Part shown: positions 36,589 to 48,880 of the stretch, one piece after another | Layout: every line of letters starts with the position of its first letter | How positions within the stretch are numbered: the first letter of the stretch is position 1 | Assembly (NCBI GenBank): GCA_001599295.1 | Contig: BCGN01000004.1 | Location: 1,303,676 to 1,367,675 of the forward strand | Reading direction: 5' to 3' | Length of the DNA: 64,000 bases | From: Sporopachydermia quercuum | Taxonomy: Eukaryota | The notes under the pieces: model-generated | What the model was told of the DNA's origin: nothing | The model's input: only the letters and a program-made list of their open reading frames with translations | Databases searched by the model: none | Made by a program: the position numbers and the translations under genes

Positions 36589-37900
36589 TCAACTTCGCAA
36601 AGCTTTCGCAATTTTCAACATTACATTAAGAACTTGCAAATGCTCATCAGTTCCATCTGATAGTCTCTTGTCAGTTTCCAACAGTGCTAAAGCTATCCCA
36701 TTTTTCTGTATAGTTGTCAGTTGGTCATCAGTTACTAATCTATCGTGCAATTGGCCTATCAACTGCACAGCGCTCCATCCGTCAAGAATTATATTCTCAA
36801 CCACTTTAATCAACTTATCAACTGTATCTGAATATGATTTCTCTTTTGTTGAAGCTTCTATCAACTCATTTACTATTTCATCAGGAACATATCCAGAAAT
36901 CTCTGTTATGCTCTCTTTAGTAACTACTTCATGATTATCTTTAGGATCATCACCGACAACTAAATCACCATCATCATCATAAACAGAATTGGTATCCTTA
37001 TGTAAATGCAACCTTGCTGCTGACTGCAAGATTGTTATTGCCTTTCTTAGATCTCCTCCTGATATTTGAAGAATTGCTTGCAATGCTCCATCTTCTAATT
37101 TAACAGATTCATTGCTAGCTACAAGTTGTAATCTTTCAAAGGAGTTATTCTCATCCAAAGGTTTGAATCGGAATTTAGAACATCTTGAAGCCAATGGATC
37201 GATAATTCTTGTAACGTAATTACAAATCAAACAGAATCTTGTGATAGATGAATATGTTTCCATTGTTCTTCTTAAGGCTGATTGAGCATCTGCCGTCATT
37301 GAATCAGCTTCATCTAGAATAATTATCTTAAAAGGAGGGCAAGGGTAGTTTTTCAACGAGTCAGCGGAAGGTGTCGATACTGCCAATCTTGCAAAGTTCT
37401 TTATTTTTTCTCTGACAATTGAAATACCTCGCTCGTCTGAAGCATTTAGTTCCAGTACTCTGCTTCTCATTAATTCTGGTCCGTATAGTTCATGACAGAG
37501 TGCTAAGATAGTTGATGTTTTACCAGTACCGGGAGGTCCATAGAAAAGCATATGAGGAAGCTGTCAACTGTTAGAAGAAGACTTTATACTTGAGTGATCA
37601 ATATAATTTAACTGTATAATTACTTACATTTGTTGACTGAAGTGACTTCCTTAACACTGTCACTGTATGATCCTGAGCTGTAACATCGTTCAACCTCTTT
37701 GGTCGACTATATTTGCAGTGATGTTAGTAAGGATAGGAAGGAAAATAACTTTATCACGTCTGCTATGACAACTATCTACAAGCCGGATTAACGTACTATT
37801 TTTCAACCCAAGGAACCAATCGTTCTTTTCTAGTTCCTTTCTTATTCCCTGCTGAGATTTTTGCTGGTCTACCTCCCATAAGCATAGAAGCAACGGACAT
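36589..37900 (-). CDS. RFC2: Replication factor C subunit 2; exons 37900-37797, 37706-37628 and 37560-36589
   Basis: Introns 37796-37707 (GTACGT, TACTAAC, TAG) and 37627-37561 (GTAAGT, TTCTAAC, CAG) restore PWVEKYRPK...[15 protein letters not shown]; also DEAD and SRC motifs. In-frame ATGs at 37900, 37885 and 37879. Confidence 0.95.
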
Positions 37901-38098
37901 TTCGAAGAATGACTAAAGCAACAAAGTAAGCGGAATTTGATCAAAAACAAGATATATCTTCAAAATAATAGGCAAAGGAAATGAATTGTTGTTTCAACTT
38001 CGGCTCCACTAGTAGCTCTCAAATAATAACTATCCGTTGATTTATAAGAAGTAGTCATAATTGATCAACACGGTTGATAGAATTAGTATCAATTTTTC

Positions 38099-38114
38099 AC
38101 GCGTAAATTTCGTG
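38099..38114. promoter_or_regulatory. Adjacent MCB (ACGCGT) and SCB-like (CACGAAA on the minus strand) G1/S elements upstream of RFC2
   Basis: acgcgtaaatttcgtg about 200 bp upstream of the RFC2 ATG; CG-rich motifs are rare in this AT-rich intergenic DNA. Confidence 0.6.
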
Positions 38115-38909
38115 ATTGAGATTCTTCATAGTTGATTGTCACAGACACGAGCAAGGATATAAGGTTTGCATGTAAGTTGAAAGTGCAAGAGAAGCCGATC
38201 GACCATGAACTCGGCTTGGTTTTAGTGGTCCCTCATTTTCTTGCATAATGATCAATTTTCAACAGACAAAACTAAAATTGCCAGTAAATAATTACTAATT
38301 GGGCTGCCTTATCGAAGTAGAAACTACCAGAATAAAAGCACTTAACGGTTCTGGAGAACTAACAGCAAATATTGTGAAATTGACATTGTAGGGAAATATG
38401 CATCGTTATGCTGAAATATGTGTATCAAGAAATAGAGTTTCAATAGTGTGTATCTCACTATGGAATTATTGCCTGAGTTTATCGTTGTATGTAGGATTAT
38501 AAACGGACAAAATAGAAGAGAATTTTTCTTTACTCAAAAGCATAATTCATACCTTTTACGCTTTCCAGCTTCATCAGTAATTTTTCTTCACCTATTACAG
38601 CATTATCCGTTACACATTTCAAGATCATATCTCATCTCTACCAACTACCTCAAACCTTATATTCGAACTTTATAACATATTCGGCTCTTACTATCTAACT
38701 CATCTAAACTTTAATTTGCTGTCTTTATCTTTCTCATTTTGTTTCGTCCTTCATCAAATCAACAAGTGAACCCGCCAACTGATCATTCAAATGAATAGCT
38801 GTATTTTCTTGGTTTGATAAATTGAAGTCTAAATATCGAGCAATAAATCACATACTTTGAAATATTTTCTATTTCCGTACTTCTGAGTTCCATGAAATAG
38901 CAGTCAATC

Positions 38910-40173
38910 ATGGCAGCTAACATAGTTGTAATTGGGTATGTGAACCTGTAATCAGAATTTTCAGTTGATGAACATATCATATATTCTACTACTATTCTAG
39001 TACTACTATGATTATCAACAAGGCTTGCTAACAAATCTATAACAGTGCAGGTATTGCAGGTCTTACTACTGCTTATTTGCTATCTCGGCAGGGCCATAAA
39101 GTATCAATTGTTGCTAGAAATTTACCTGGTGATCTAGACATCTTTTACACTAGTCCATGGGCTGGTGCCAATTGGCACAGCTTTGCTGGAAATGATAAAA
39201 GACTACAGCAATACGATATAGAAACATATAACACCCTTCTCAAACTATCAGATTCTCAAACTGCTGGAATTTGGATAAAACCGGAATACAATTACTTCTG
39301 TAAGGGAGATATCGAAGCTCCATGGTTCAAAAATCAAGTCAAAAACGTATGTCAGATTATGTCTAATAGCTGATATAATCCATTTAAAATCTATCATCAG
39401 TATTCAATATTGATTATTTATTCATACATCCAAAAGTACTAATAATTGAATAGTTCCGTTTCTTACATCCTCATGAATTACCTCCAGGAGTTCAATGGGG
39501 TTTCACATTTGACTCGTTTGTCATTTCAACTTCTATCTATCTCAACTTCCTGCTAGCAAATTTAACTAATCTTGGGGTCACTTTTACTAGAGCAAAGCTG
39601 TCACATATTCGCGAAGCCAGAAATTTCCACTCCAGCGGGAGTCCTCCTGATTTGGTTGTTAACTGTACTGGTTTGCTTGCTGCAGTGCTTCACGGTGTCG
39701 ATGATCCTAACGTTTACCCTGTTAAAGGTCAAACACTATTGTTAAGCAACAGCACTTCCAAGTTGATTGGTGTAGAGAACATCGACGATTATGAAAACGA
39801 GATGCTTTATGTTATGCCGAGAAAAGAAGGTGGCTGTATTGNTGGTGGCTGTTTCCTTGAAGATGATTGGACTGATACACCTGATGATGCAATGACTCAA
39901 AGGATTTTGAACAGAGCGTTGAGATTCTGTCCCGATTTGATCCAAGGAAAGAATAGTAAGCAAATTGATATCGTGAGGGTTAATGTGGGTCTCAGACCTT
40001 ATAGGAAAGGTGGTCCTCGTGTTGAAAAAGAATATATTCCTGGCGCTGGGAAAGTGGTTCATAACTATGGAGCAGGAGGTGCAGGATATCAAAGTTCTTT
40101 TGGAATGGCAAGACATGCAGTATCTCTGATAAATGAGTTTTTAAACCAAGACTATAATGGCCATAAGTTATAA
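38910..40173 (+). CDS. D-amino-acid oxidase (DAO/DDO family), 348 aa; exons 38910-38935, 39046-39346 and 39454-40173
   Basis: Introns 38936-39045 (GTATGT, GCTAAC, CAG) and 39347-39453 (GTATGT, TACTAAT, TAG) restore IVVIGAGIAGLTTA. Also YTSPWAGANW, VVNCTG, VGLRPYR and HNYGAGGAGYQSSFG; ends in HKL. Confidence 0.93.
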
Positions 40174-40358
40174 GCTATGAGGGAAGAAAGAACAATGCCT
40201 CGAAGTGAATAAATGAATAGATGATTACATAGAATTGGTTACTAAGTGGTATCATTGATGTATTGACAGGAGGTTATAGAAATGTTATATTGTTTTAATC
40301 TAATTGTTGAAGTTTATAAATTGCTACTCAAATTACTAATGGTATGTCCATAGAATGC

Positions 40359-40381
40359 TAGTAGTAGTAGTAGTAGTAGTA
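40359..40381. repeat. (TAG)7 microsatellite between the convergent DAO and URB2 3' ends
   Basis: tagtagtagtagtagtagtagta seen directly. Confidence 0.9.
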
Positions 40382-40416
40382 CGTTCCCATCATCTACATA
40401 TGATGCCTATCGCTAT

Positions 40417-43400
40417 CTACTGATCTTTCCATTTACCATACTTTTCATAGTCACTCACTAATTCACGGAAATATGCAGAACCACTCGAGTCCAGATTGGC
40501 ATTAATAAACCCCATCTCATTAGCTGTAATCAAATTGAATACTGGGTAAAAACCTTCTGTTACCTTATTCTTTACACCAAGAGTGAACTGTCGATGTAGT
40601 GACAACCATATAAAATTTAATACTAATGTTCCCATATGGCTTCTTAAACCTCGTTTGATTATTGCTGCTTGGGAATTCAACTGCTGTAACCCATCGTTCT
40701 TCTTTGAACTACTCTCTCTCAGCTTTGGTTCACACAGGTTTTCTAATAATCTACCATAGCACACAGCAGACGCCTCAGAAAGGGAATCGTTACTGATTTC
40801 CTTAGTACCGCTTTTCACCACTGTTAAATTTTCAAGCATTGACGATAATAATAGCAGTAATAAGTGAAGTCGACCATTTAACCTGTATCTGTATAATAAA
40901 ATTATTCTACTGACAAGTAAGCATAGCTGCTGATACAATGAATCCTTCATAATAGTATTTTTAGTAACAGAACGCTTGTTACTGCTAGTATTGTCACTAT
41001 TAGAATTCACGTCGGAAATCTGAGGAATAGAACTTGAAACTCTTGTAAGTAAAACAATTATTAACTCAATTGCGTATTGACTAACACTTGAGCTTTTGGT
41101 AGTTAATGTATCATCAACGAATACAAGTAATTTGTTGATAATACTATAAGAAGCCAAGGAGTTCAAATGTGTGTTGAAAATACTTAATATTCTTATCAGA
41201 TTCTCTTGATTCCGCTTCTGTTTCTTAGCAGCTGAACTGCCAGTATCATTACCATCCATATCAACATCTTCATCGTTATTGGCTTCTTTATGTTCGTTAT
41301 GCTGTTTGGTATCATCATCAATGGTAATGTTATTAGATAATGCTTCTTGGAAATTGATATTTCTAATTGACTTCCAAATAGCAAATAAAACATCAATATA
41401 ACTCTCAACTTGCTGTCTTTCCAGTTGCAACGGTAGTTGCCTAATATTACTATCATTATCATTTTCATCTTTATTCAACATNCCTTGAATACTAATTAGC
41501 ATTTGATTCAAATGTCTAGCCTGATTGTCATATTTCAATTTAGTAAATGCTTCCACTATTAATTTTCGCAATCCTTCGGCTGTAGTATCAAATATTTGTT
41601 TGGTGCTAACTATACTGATATAAATGCATATTAATTGTAGATAGTCTTTATCCTGTTTAGCAGTTCTTACGAACAAATCAAAAGCTTTTAGTATAAACGT
41701 ACTCGTAAGCTCGTTTGAAGGTTTTTCATCTTGGAGTAGCTTAGTGCCTAATACCTTGCATAAATCTGACGAGATTTCGTTATCACCGTCATTCACATGT
41801 ATTTTATGATAAGTATCAATGAGACAGTTGATAGCTGTATGAATGAAAGGTTCATTGTTTTCCCTCTTAATGGTATAGCTTATTATATTCACCAGCTTTT
41901 CAAGAACAGCTTTCTCAAGTTTCTTACTCTTAGAATTCAATTTTTTGTCCTTACTTATACTGATCGCACTAGTGCTTTGAAAACTGTGGGTAATACTTGC
42001 TGCTAATAATAGTACATTAATACTTTCAGCATTATTATTATGTTTTAGTAGCACTTTTGATGATAGCTCGTCAACCATATCTATAATAGTACTTATTAGC
42101 TTTATGATACTCTTATTATTGGTATTATTACTATTATTACTATCACCACCAACGCCTTGATAGTGCAATAAGTAGTTCCTGAATATTCTATCGCATACTT
42201 CGTTTGCCTCGGGTATAATTTCCCATGAATTGAATAAATTTGCAAACTTTGATACAGAAAGTACTTCTGATGGTAAGTTAACCTGCGAAATTGATTTCAA
42301 ACAGCTTATTGCTAAAGCAGAACTGACTGATAACTTGCAATAATCTATAAGTATATTTTCAATCAATTCAACGCGGATTCTTTTAGAAATGCATTCGACA
42401 GGTATCACGTTTAGTATTTCTAGTGCTTTTATCCGTTTGTCTGCCTTATTTTCGTATCCTTCCTGTTGACCCTCATTTGCTTCTCTCTTGCCAGTAGAAA
42501 GAATATCAGTTACGGTAGAAACAAGTTCATGAATTAGGTCTGGTTGTTCGAATATAATAGGAGTAGTTGACAAATACAAATGAGCATTTGGTAACGAAAC
42601 CATCATTCGAGTTAACGACTTCAGATGGGACTTGTCATAGTAATTATTAATAACGANTGGCCATCTTTCAATAAGGATTTGAAGCAATGAGTCATCATTT
42701 TCTGTACCATTGTTCATTTCTTCGAATAAATGTTCCTCAAGCTTAGTAATAACAATATCAAATCCTGAATATTCAACAAGCTCTCTTATCCTCAGCCCCG
42801 TAAAGAATAAAAACGGTGACGGATGCTTTAGACTGACAAGGGCCTCAAGTAGATCGTCCAAAACGTCATCTTTACATGAATCCAAAGAATCAGGAGAAAT
42901 ACTCAAAATCAAATATTTCAATTCCCATAGTTCATCAACAGCATGATTTATACTCAGAATAGAATGAAACTCAGATGCACTTTGTTTCAGTTCTGATAGC
43001 TCTAGTCCTCTTATTATGGCAATCATTTGAAGAATATGCACAGAAACTGTGGTTGTCGATGTTACTGATGCTTCTTTACTTGTTGATACTTCGTTTGATA
43101 CTATATTCAAGCTGTCTTGAAGCAATTTCCTCTTTTGAGTAATTGATAAAACATGAATATGCCTTGATACTAATAAGGAGAAATTTCTAGTTAAACACCA
43201 AGAAACATTTGGTGCAATGGTAGCCCAAATGGTGAAAAACTGAGAGAACTCTCTTGTTTGAACATATGCTTTAATTAACTGTTCTATTACTAATTCCCAA
43301 TTAGCACTGTCACTTGCTGGTAATGCTAAAAGGATCTTTTCGCTGTATTTCAAGCAAATATCAACTTCAAGCTTGAGGATCCATAGAATAAGTGGCCAAT

Positions 43401-44516
43401 CAATATACGTATTATTCATAGTTGTAGTGAAAATTTGTTCTAAACCATCATATGATAGTTTCCTATTAGTCGCAAAAGTTACTTCTAAAATATCCTTTGT
43501 TAAACTAGGAAAGTTTTTGGTGAATAGATTGAAAATTGAATCCACTAATAAAGAATCGTTCTTATTAGCTGTTTGAATAGATAGTTTAAAAATATCATTA
43601 ATAGTTGATTGTTGTTTCAGCTTATCATCATTTGAACAAGTTTTTACACATTGTTTGATTACTGTTTCAATTGACATAAGTAACATTTTCACTGGTAGCT
43701 TTTTATTGAATACATTAGTTGTAATAAACTTAGATATCCGATTATCGACGGCCTCATCATATTTTAATGCCTGTATCATATCAATGATTGCTTTCTCAGA
43801 TAAATCTTTAGATATCTTATTTGGTTCTATGCGTCTTTCAACGATTGTTATACGATACAAGTGAAATATCGGCTGAATTGTAAAAACTAGAAGAGCTTCC
43901 GCTGTCTTGTCATTGGTATCATCGGTGTCTAATATTGATAGTATTTTAAAGTAATCTGACAGTAGTTTAACCATAGTATCGATAGTTGGTACTGGACACA
44001 GATTATCTGACAGAAGACAGGAGAGCATCTTAATGCTAAGAGATGTCAGCTGTTCTATTTCATTTCTAGCCTCTGTTGTTATTCTTTTGTTCTTGCTGTT
44101 GCTGTTATTGATGATTGATGTAAATAAGCTGGTAAGAATGTTGGGAAACGGATGGTTCTTGCAAGTATTCAATTGAGATACTTTATCAGTTTTTGGCCAT
44201 ACATCTAGTAGCAACTGCCACCATTTTGCATTAAGCCGAAACTCCTCAGATTTACTATTATTCAATCTATCAAATGCCAATTCCAGTAGAAATGCTTCTT
44301 TCAATGGCACTGCCACAAGATATTCACCAGCAAGAAGATTGAAAGCGCAATCAATGATTTCATTTTGCTTTGCCTTTCTTCCCCGAAGAAATTTCGTTAT
44401 CTCTTCTGAGCTATGGAATGACTATATTAAGATAATCTGTTAGCTTCTGTCTACTGCTACGCTTGTCTCACGTTGTTATCATACTATTCCATTAAATGAC
44501 TTGTTAAACTTACCAT
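40417..44516 (-). CDS. URB2: Nucleolar pre-60S factor Urb2/Npa2; exons 44516-44514 (ATG only) and 44421-40417
   Basis: C-terminal Urb2 domain (RLNGRLHLL, GRLLENLCEP, SGSAYFRELVSDYEKYGKW). ATG|GTAAGT at 44513, GCTAAC at 44444-44439 and TAG at 44424-44422 give an in-frame M-SFHSSEEITKFLR. Confidence 0.85.
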
Positions 44517-44711
44517 TGTGAACCTTTCTGATAATCACTTGAACAGATAAGTGATCCACGCCAGAAAAATACCTGGAGCTTAAGATACAATTAAATCTAA
44601 AAGGTTTCCTGCATGATCAGTTAGCTATATACATAAAAAGAATCATTCATCATTGTCTATTTGTTCAATTATTCCCTTCTATCAACCTTACCTTTGTTCT
44701 TCTCATACAAT

Positions 44712-44730
44712 AAATTTTTTGTGAAAAATC
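44712..44730. promoter_or_regulatory. RRPE-like A/T elements in the shared URB2/UTP18 promoter
   Basis: AAATTTTTT (44712-44720) and TGAAAAATC (44722-44730) resemble the RRPE consensus TGAAAAWTTT; both flanking genes are ribosome-biogenesis genes. Confidence 0.4.
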
Positions 44731-45206
44731 CTGAGAAATAAACACTGTCATGTGGCTTTTATTTCCACAAATGGATTGATTGAATCACGCGCTGGTATCT
44801 TCCCTATAAAGAACAGTACATCACATGCTATTCAAACTCCATATTTGAAGTGAGTTTTTCAAAATAGAGTTTGCTAAAGAAAGATTTTTTTATTTGTGAG
44901 TAGGGTGCTTTGATGATAAAGAAAATCAATAACAGGAGCGTTTGTCTAAGCAGAGAGAGTTCACCGTGAACTAAGCTGTCCAGTTGGTGGAAAGAAAAAA
45001 TTGTTTGAAGTTCAAAGTTTGCACAGATATTTGACCGTAGGAGAATACGGAAGGAACTTTTGATTGCGTGTTGATTATTTGTTATTGACTGCCTACTCAG
45101 AAGTTGACCTTGAATGACTATTGAAGGATACCACTATTCATATTCGCAGTGAAAAAAGAAGGCAAGAAGCGAGGAAGGCTAACTGACTGATCTGATTGAA
45201 TGTACA

Positions 45207-46910
45207 ATGAGCCAAATAAAACCTTCTGATTTAGCAGGGGTTGAAATTCCAGAGAAAGACGCTGTCGAAATACAACTAGAAAAACTAGTATTTGGTGATA
45301 TCGATACATTCGAGAACAGTTTGAAATTCATAGATGATGAAAATGATGAGCTGATAGAAAGTGAGGAAGATAGTGCATCTGAAATAGAAGGAAACGAATT
45401 TGAAAAGTTGCAGGACGATGACCTGTTCTTCATTGATGAGGGCGATAATGAAAATAAGAGAAATGGAGATGACGATGATAGTATGAATGAAGATGATAGT
45501 GACGATGATGACGACAGAGATAGTGATACATCTAGTACAAGTGCAGCATGGAGCGATAGTGATGATGAAAATATGGTTATTTCGTTGGTCTCTAAAGATA
45601 GAACAAAGAAACTAAGACAAACACAAGAAGAACATACAGTTACGGGAAAAGAATACGTTAAACGATTAAGAGCACAGTAAGTATTGATTGATGATGTTGA
45701 ATAATCGCTGAACTTGAAACATACATCTAGTATATATTGAACTGAGAATACTAACAACTGTAATAGATATGAAAGGATATATCCTAGACCATCATGGGCT
45801 GATGAAGGTGAAGGAGATGGAGAATCCGATGGAAGCGATGAGGAAGATGGGGTGACAGCAAGATTGGATACTAATCCTCTAGATACCTTGTTACAAAGCA
45901 TGAGCAAATACGCAGGTTCCAAATCCAAAAGATTACTACCACAGGGATCAATAGATATAAGCAGGCTAAAGGATGCAAATCATGCTGCTGTTTCACATTC
46001 TGCTATTCAATCAATCAGTTTTCATCCAAAGAATCCAATTCTTTTAACTGGTGGTTACGATCGAACGTTACGTTTATATCATATCGATGGCAAGGCAAAC
46101 ACACCAATTGCTGCTTTGCAAGTACCAAAATCATCTATTCAGACAGCAGAATTCCATTCCGACGGGAAAAGAATATTTGCTGGTGGAAGAAGGAGATATA
46201 TGTATATTTGGGACATTGAAACAGGAGTTGTGGATAAGATGTCAAGAATGTATGGCCATGGGGAGAATCAAAAATCTATGGAAAACTTCAAACTTTCACC
46301 AAATGGCAAATACATTGGTTTGATTGGTAATGCAGGTTATGTAAATTTTCTATCAGCAACAAGCGGTCAATGGATTGCTGCTGCTAAAGTTAATGGTGTG
46401 GTTGCTGATTTTGTATGGAGTGTTGATGGAAATGTAGTTTCTATTATCAACACTGCAGGAAATGTTTGGGAGTATATCGTATCGGAGAGAAGATTTGTTG
46501 ACCGATGGACAGATTTAACCGGTGTTGGGGTAACCAAAATAGCTCTTGGTGCCAATGATAGATTCTGTGCTGTTGGAACTAATAATGGTGTTGTGAGTGT
46601 CTACGATAGATCATTAGGTCATGGTAAACAGGCTAGCAGTCCTGTAGCGACTATTGAAAATCTAGTTACTAGTATCAACACTTTAAAGTTTTCTCATGAT
46701 GGCCAAATATTAGCTATTGGAAGCAGGGGAAAGAAAGATGCATTCCGTTTAGTTCATGCACCATCATTCACAACGTTCAGTAATTGGCCAACATCAGGTA
46801 CGCCGTTAGGTAAAGTAACTGCTGTTGATTTTAGTCCTGATAGCGCTTTATTGTCTGCTGGAAATGAAGGAGGTAAGGCAAGACTCTGGAGATTGAATCA
46901 TTACGCATAG
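45207..46910 (+). CDS. UTP18: U3 snoRNP/SSU processome WD40 protein Utp18; exons 45207-45676 and 45767-46910
   Basis: Intron 45677-45766 (GTAAGT, TACTAAC at 45749, TAG) gives RLRAQ-YERIYPRPSWA. Also LEKLVFGD, AWSDSDDE, AGGRRRY, FSNWPTSGTPLGKV and LNHY. Confidence 0.95.
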
Positions 46911-47107
46911 ACATGTAGTACATTGAATATATACGTGTATTACAGAATAAATAAATAGATAAACAGACTTTATGTGATTCGTTCTGGAGGGAATGGTGAT
47001 ATACAGATTATTAAGATTGCACGTTGATAAAAGTATATCGGTCGAAAACAGAAAGAAATATATAAAAACAACCCATCACTATTATTCATTCCATCCATAT
47101 ATATTAC

Positions 47108-47840
47108 TCAACTATAACCATAGGCAAATCCTTCTCTGTATTTTTGTTCATTAATACCTTCTTTGGTGGTCAATATCTCTTTCACTATTAAAGGAGGTTC
47201 AAGACCTAATTTGAATGCTCTTTCCCATCTTTCCAGCCTCGTCATACCCACGGTGGGTCCAAAGCTTGAATCAAAATCAAAATAACGAAGAATTCTTTCA
47301 GCTGTATTTAGGTCTTCTTGATGTACTGTGATTCTTTTGTTAGTAATAAAATTATTAAGTTCTGATTGACTTTATAGTTATAAGCTATTCAATTGCATAT
47401 GTTCCCATCAAATGGCTTTCTTGATAGATAACTATTCTACCTCTCTAGATAAATGAATACTTACTAGGAGTTGCTATTCTGTTAGAATCCAATGATTCTA
47501 GCTCTCGTCTGTAACCAGGTTTGTCAGCATCCAAAGGCTCACTTTCAGCTCTAATCCTCTCCGTTTTCACTACATCACAATCGTCTTTGATGTCATTAGT
47601 AGTTGTGCCTATACTCTTACCTTTACCTTTATTATCACTTTCATTTCTCTTTGTATACTTTTCCACTAGGACACCGACTTTCTTCAAGTTTTCCTCAGTC
47701 GTCAACACTTCCTTATTTGTTTCAATCTTCCTGTCATTGTCTGCTAAATCTTCAGCGCTGTTATCAGGAAAAAATCCTAGAGTGGCTTGACGAGATCTTC
47801 TCGTCGCACTCCCACTCTTCTCAATTCGTCTAGGTCGCAT
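47108..47840 (-). CDS. DNA polymerase delta subunit 4 (POLD4/p12/Cdm1 family), 197 aa; exons 47840-47465 and 47325-47108
   Basis: Intron 47464-47326 (GTAAGT, TACTAAC, CAG). Exon 2 is not in the ORF track and translates to HQEDLNTAERILRYFDFDSSFGPTVGMTRLERWERAFKLGLEPPLIVKEIL, the p12 signature (LRxFD...GPxxGxTRLxRWxRAxxxGLxPP). The N-terminus has a PIP-like QATLGFF. Confidence 0.9.
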
Positions 47841-48880
47841 TGTTCTCACCAGACAGTGTTCTCTTCAAAAATGAAACCAACAAAATTTGTCCTTTGTTCC
47901 AAGCTCTCGTATATTCCTGCCTATTATCTGCTCAGTCTCTTAGTTTTCTCTATGTTCCTACTATCTCCTAACATAGATCTATATATTCCATTCATCTTCC
48001 TTAACTTGGTTAAACTAATAAAATCACCAAACCACTAAATCTCACTTTTGGTACTAAGTCATCATATTGCCCAAAACAGTAATGCAAAATTAAACTACCC
48101 AAACAGTATGATTACATCACATGACACTTGTTTTTCCTATTCAGTATGTAATATGGGTGTTTGGGTGGAACTGAAAATTTACTCTTTAAACCAAACACAA
48201 AAACTAACTAAGTGACTGTAAGTCACAAAGGCTAAACGGAAAAAATTCACTATAGGCAAATGAAGAGACGATATGTGTAAATTGTACCCTTCATATATAT
48301 ACGAGTGAATTAAATGATAATGGAAAGTTCATGTTACTGTTTCTCTTGTTTTTGTATAGTAGAGTGGGAAAGTAATGAAAAACTAGAAAGAGAATACAGA
48401 TCGAAGTAGATTTGCGGGAAAGAGGACATTTTTGATTTACTCTAACTTGTGGAAATTATTTTGTTAGTTCAGCAAGTGTAGCGGATCAAAATTAAAATCA
48501 ATTGAATCATATAGGTTGCTAGTTACGACTAGGATTGAATTAAGTATAAACTATTTTCAGTACTTAGTAAATCAAGAGTGAAATATCAAGTGCTTCAGAA
48601 ATTTTAACCTAGCAGAGAAATAATATAGGAAATTCCCTTTTGCAGTTTTTTAACTTGGGGTGAATTGTTGATCTGCAGGAAGAAGTGGAGTGAAGTGAAG
48701 TGTTGATATTGGGAGTAACTGAACACAGAGTGTATTCCAAGTGATCATCATCGTCTAATAAATTCCAGAATCCTAAATTGATTTCCAGCTTTCGTTTCAA
48801 ATTATTACCACATTTATATAGTCAGTGAACTGTCCATATATCCCTCTCACAATCGTTCAGTATCAGGGTTTTGCTCAGAT

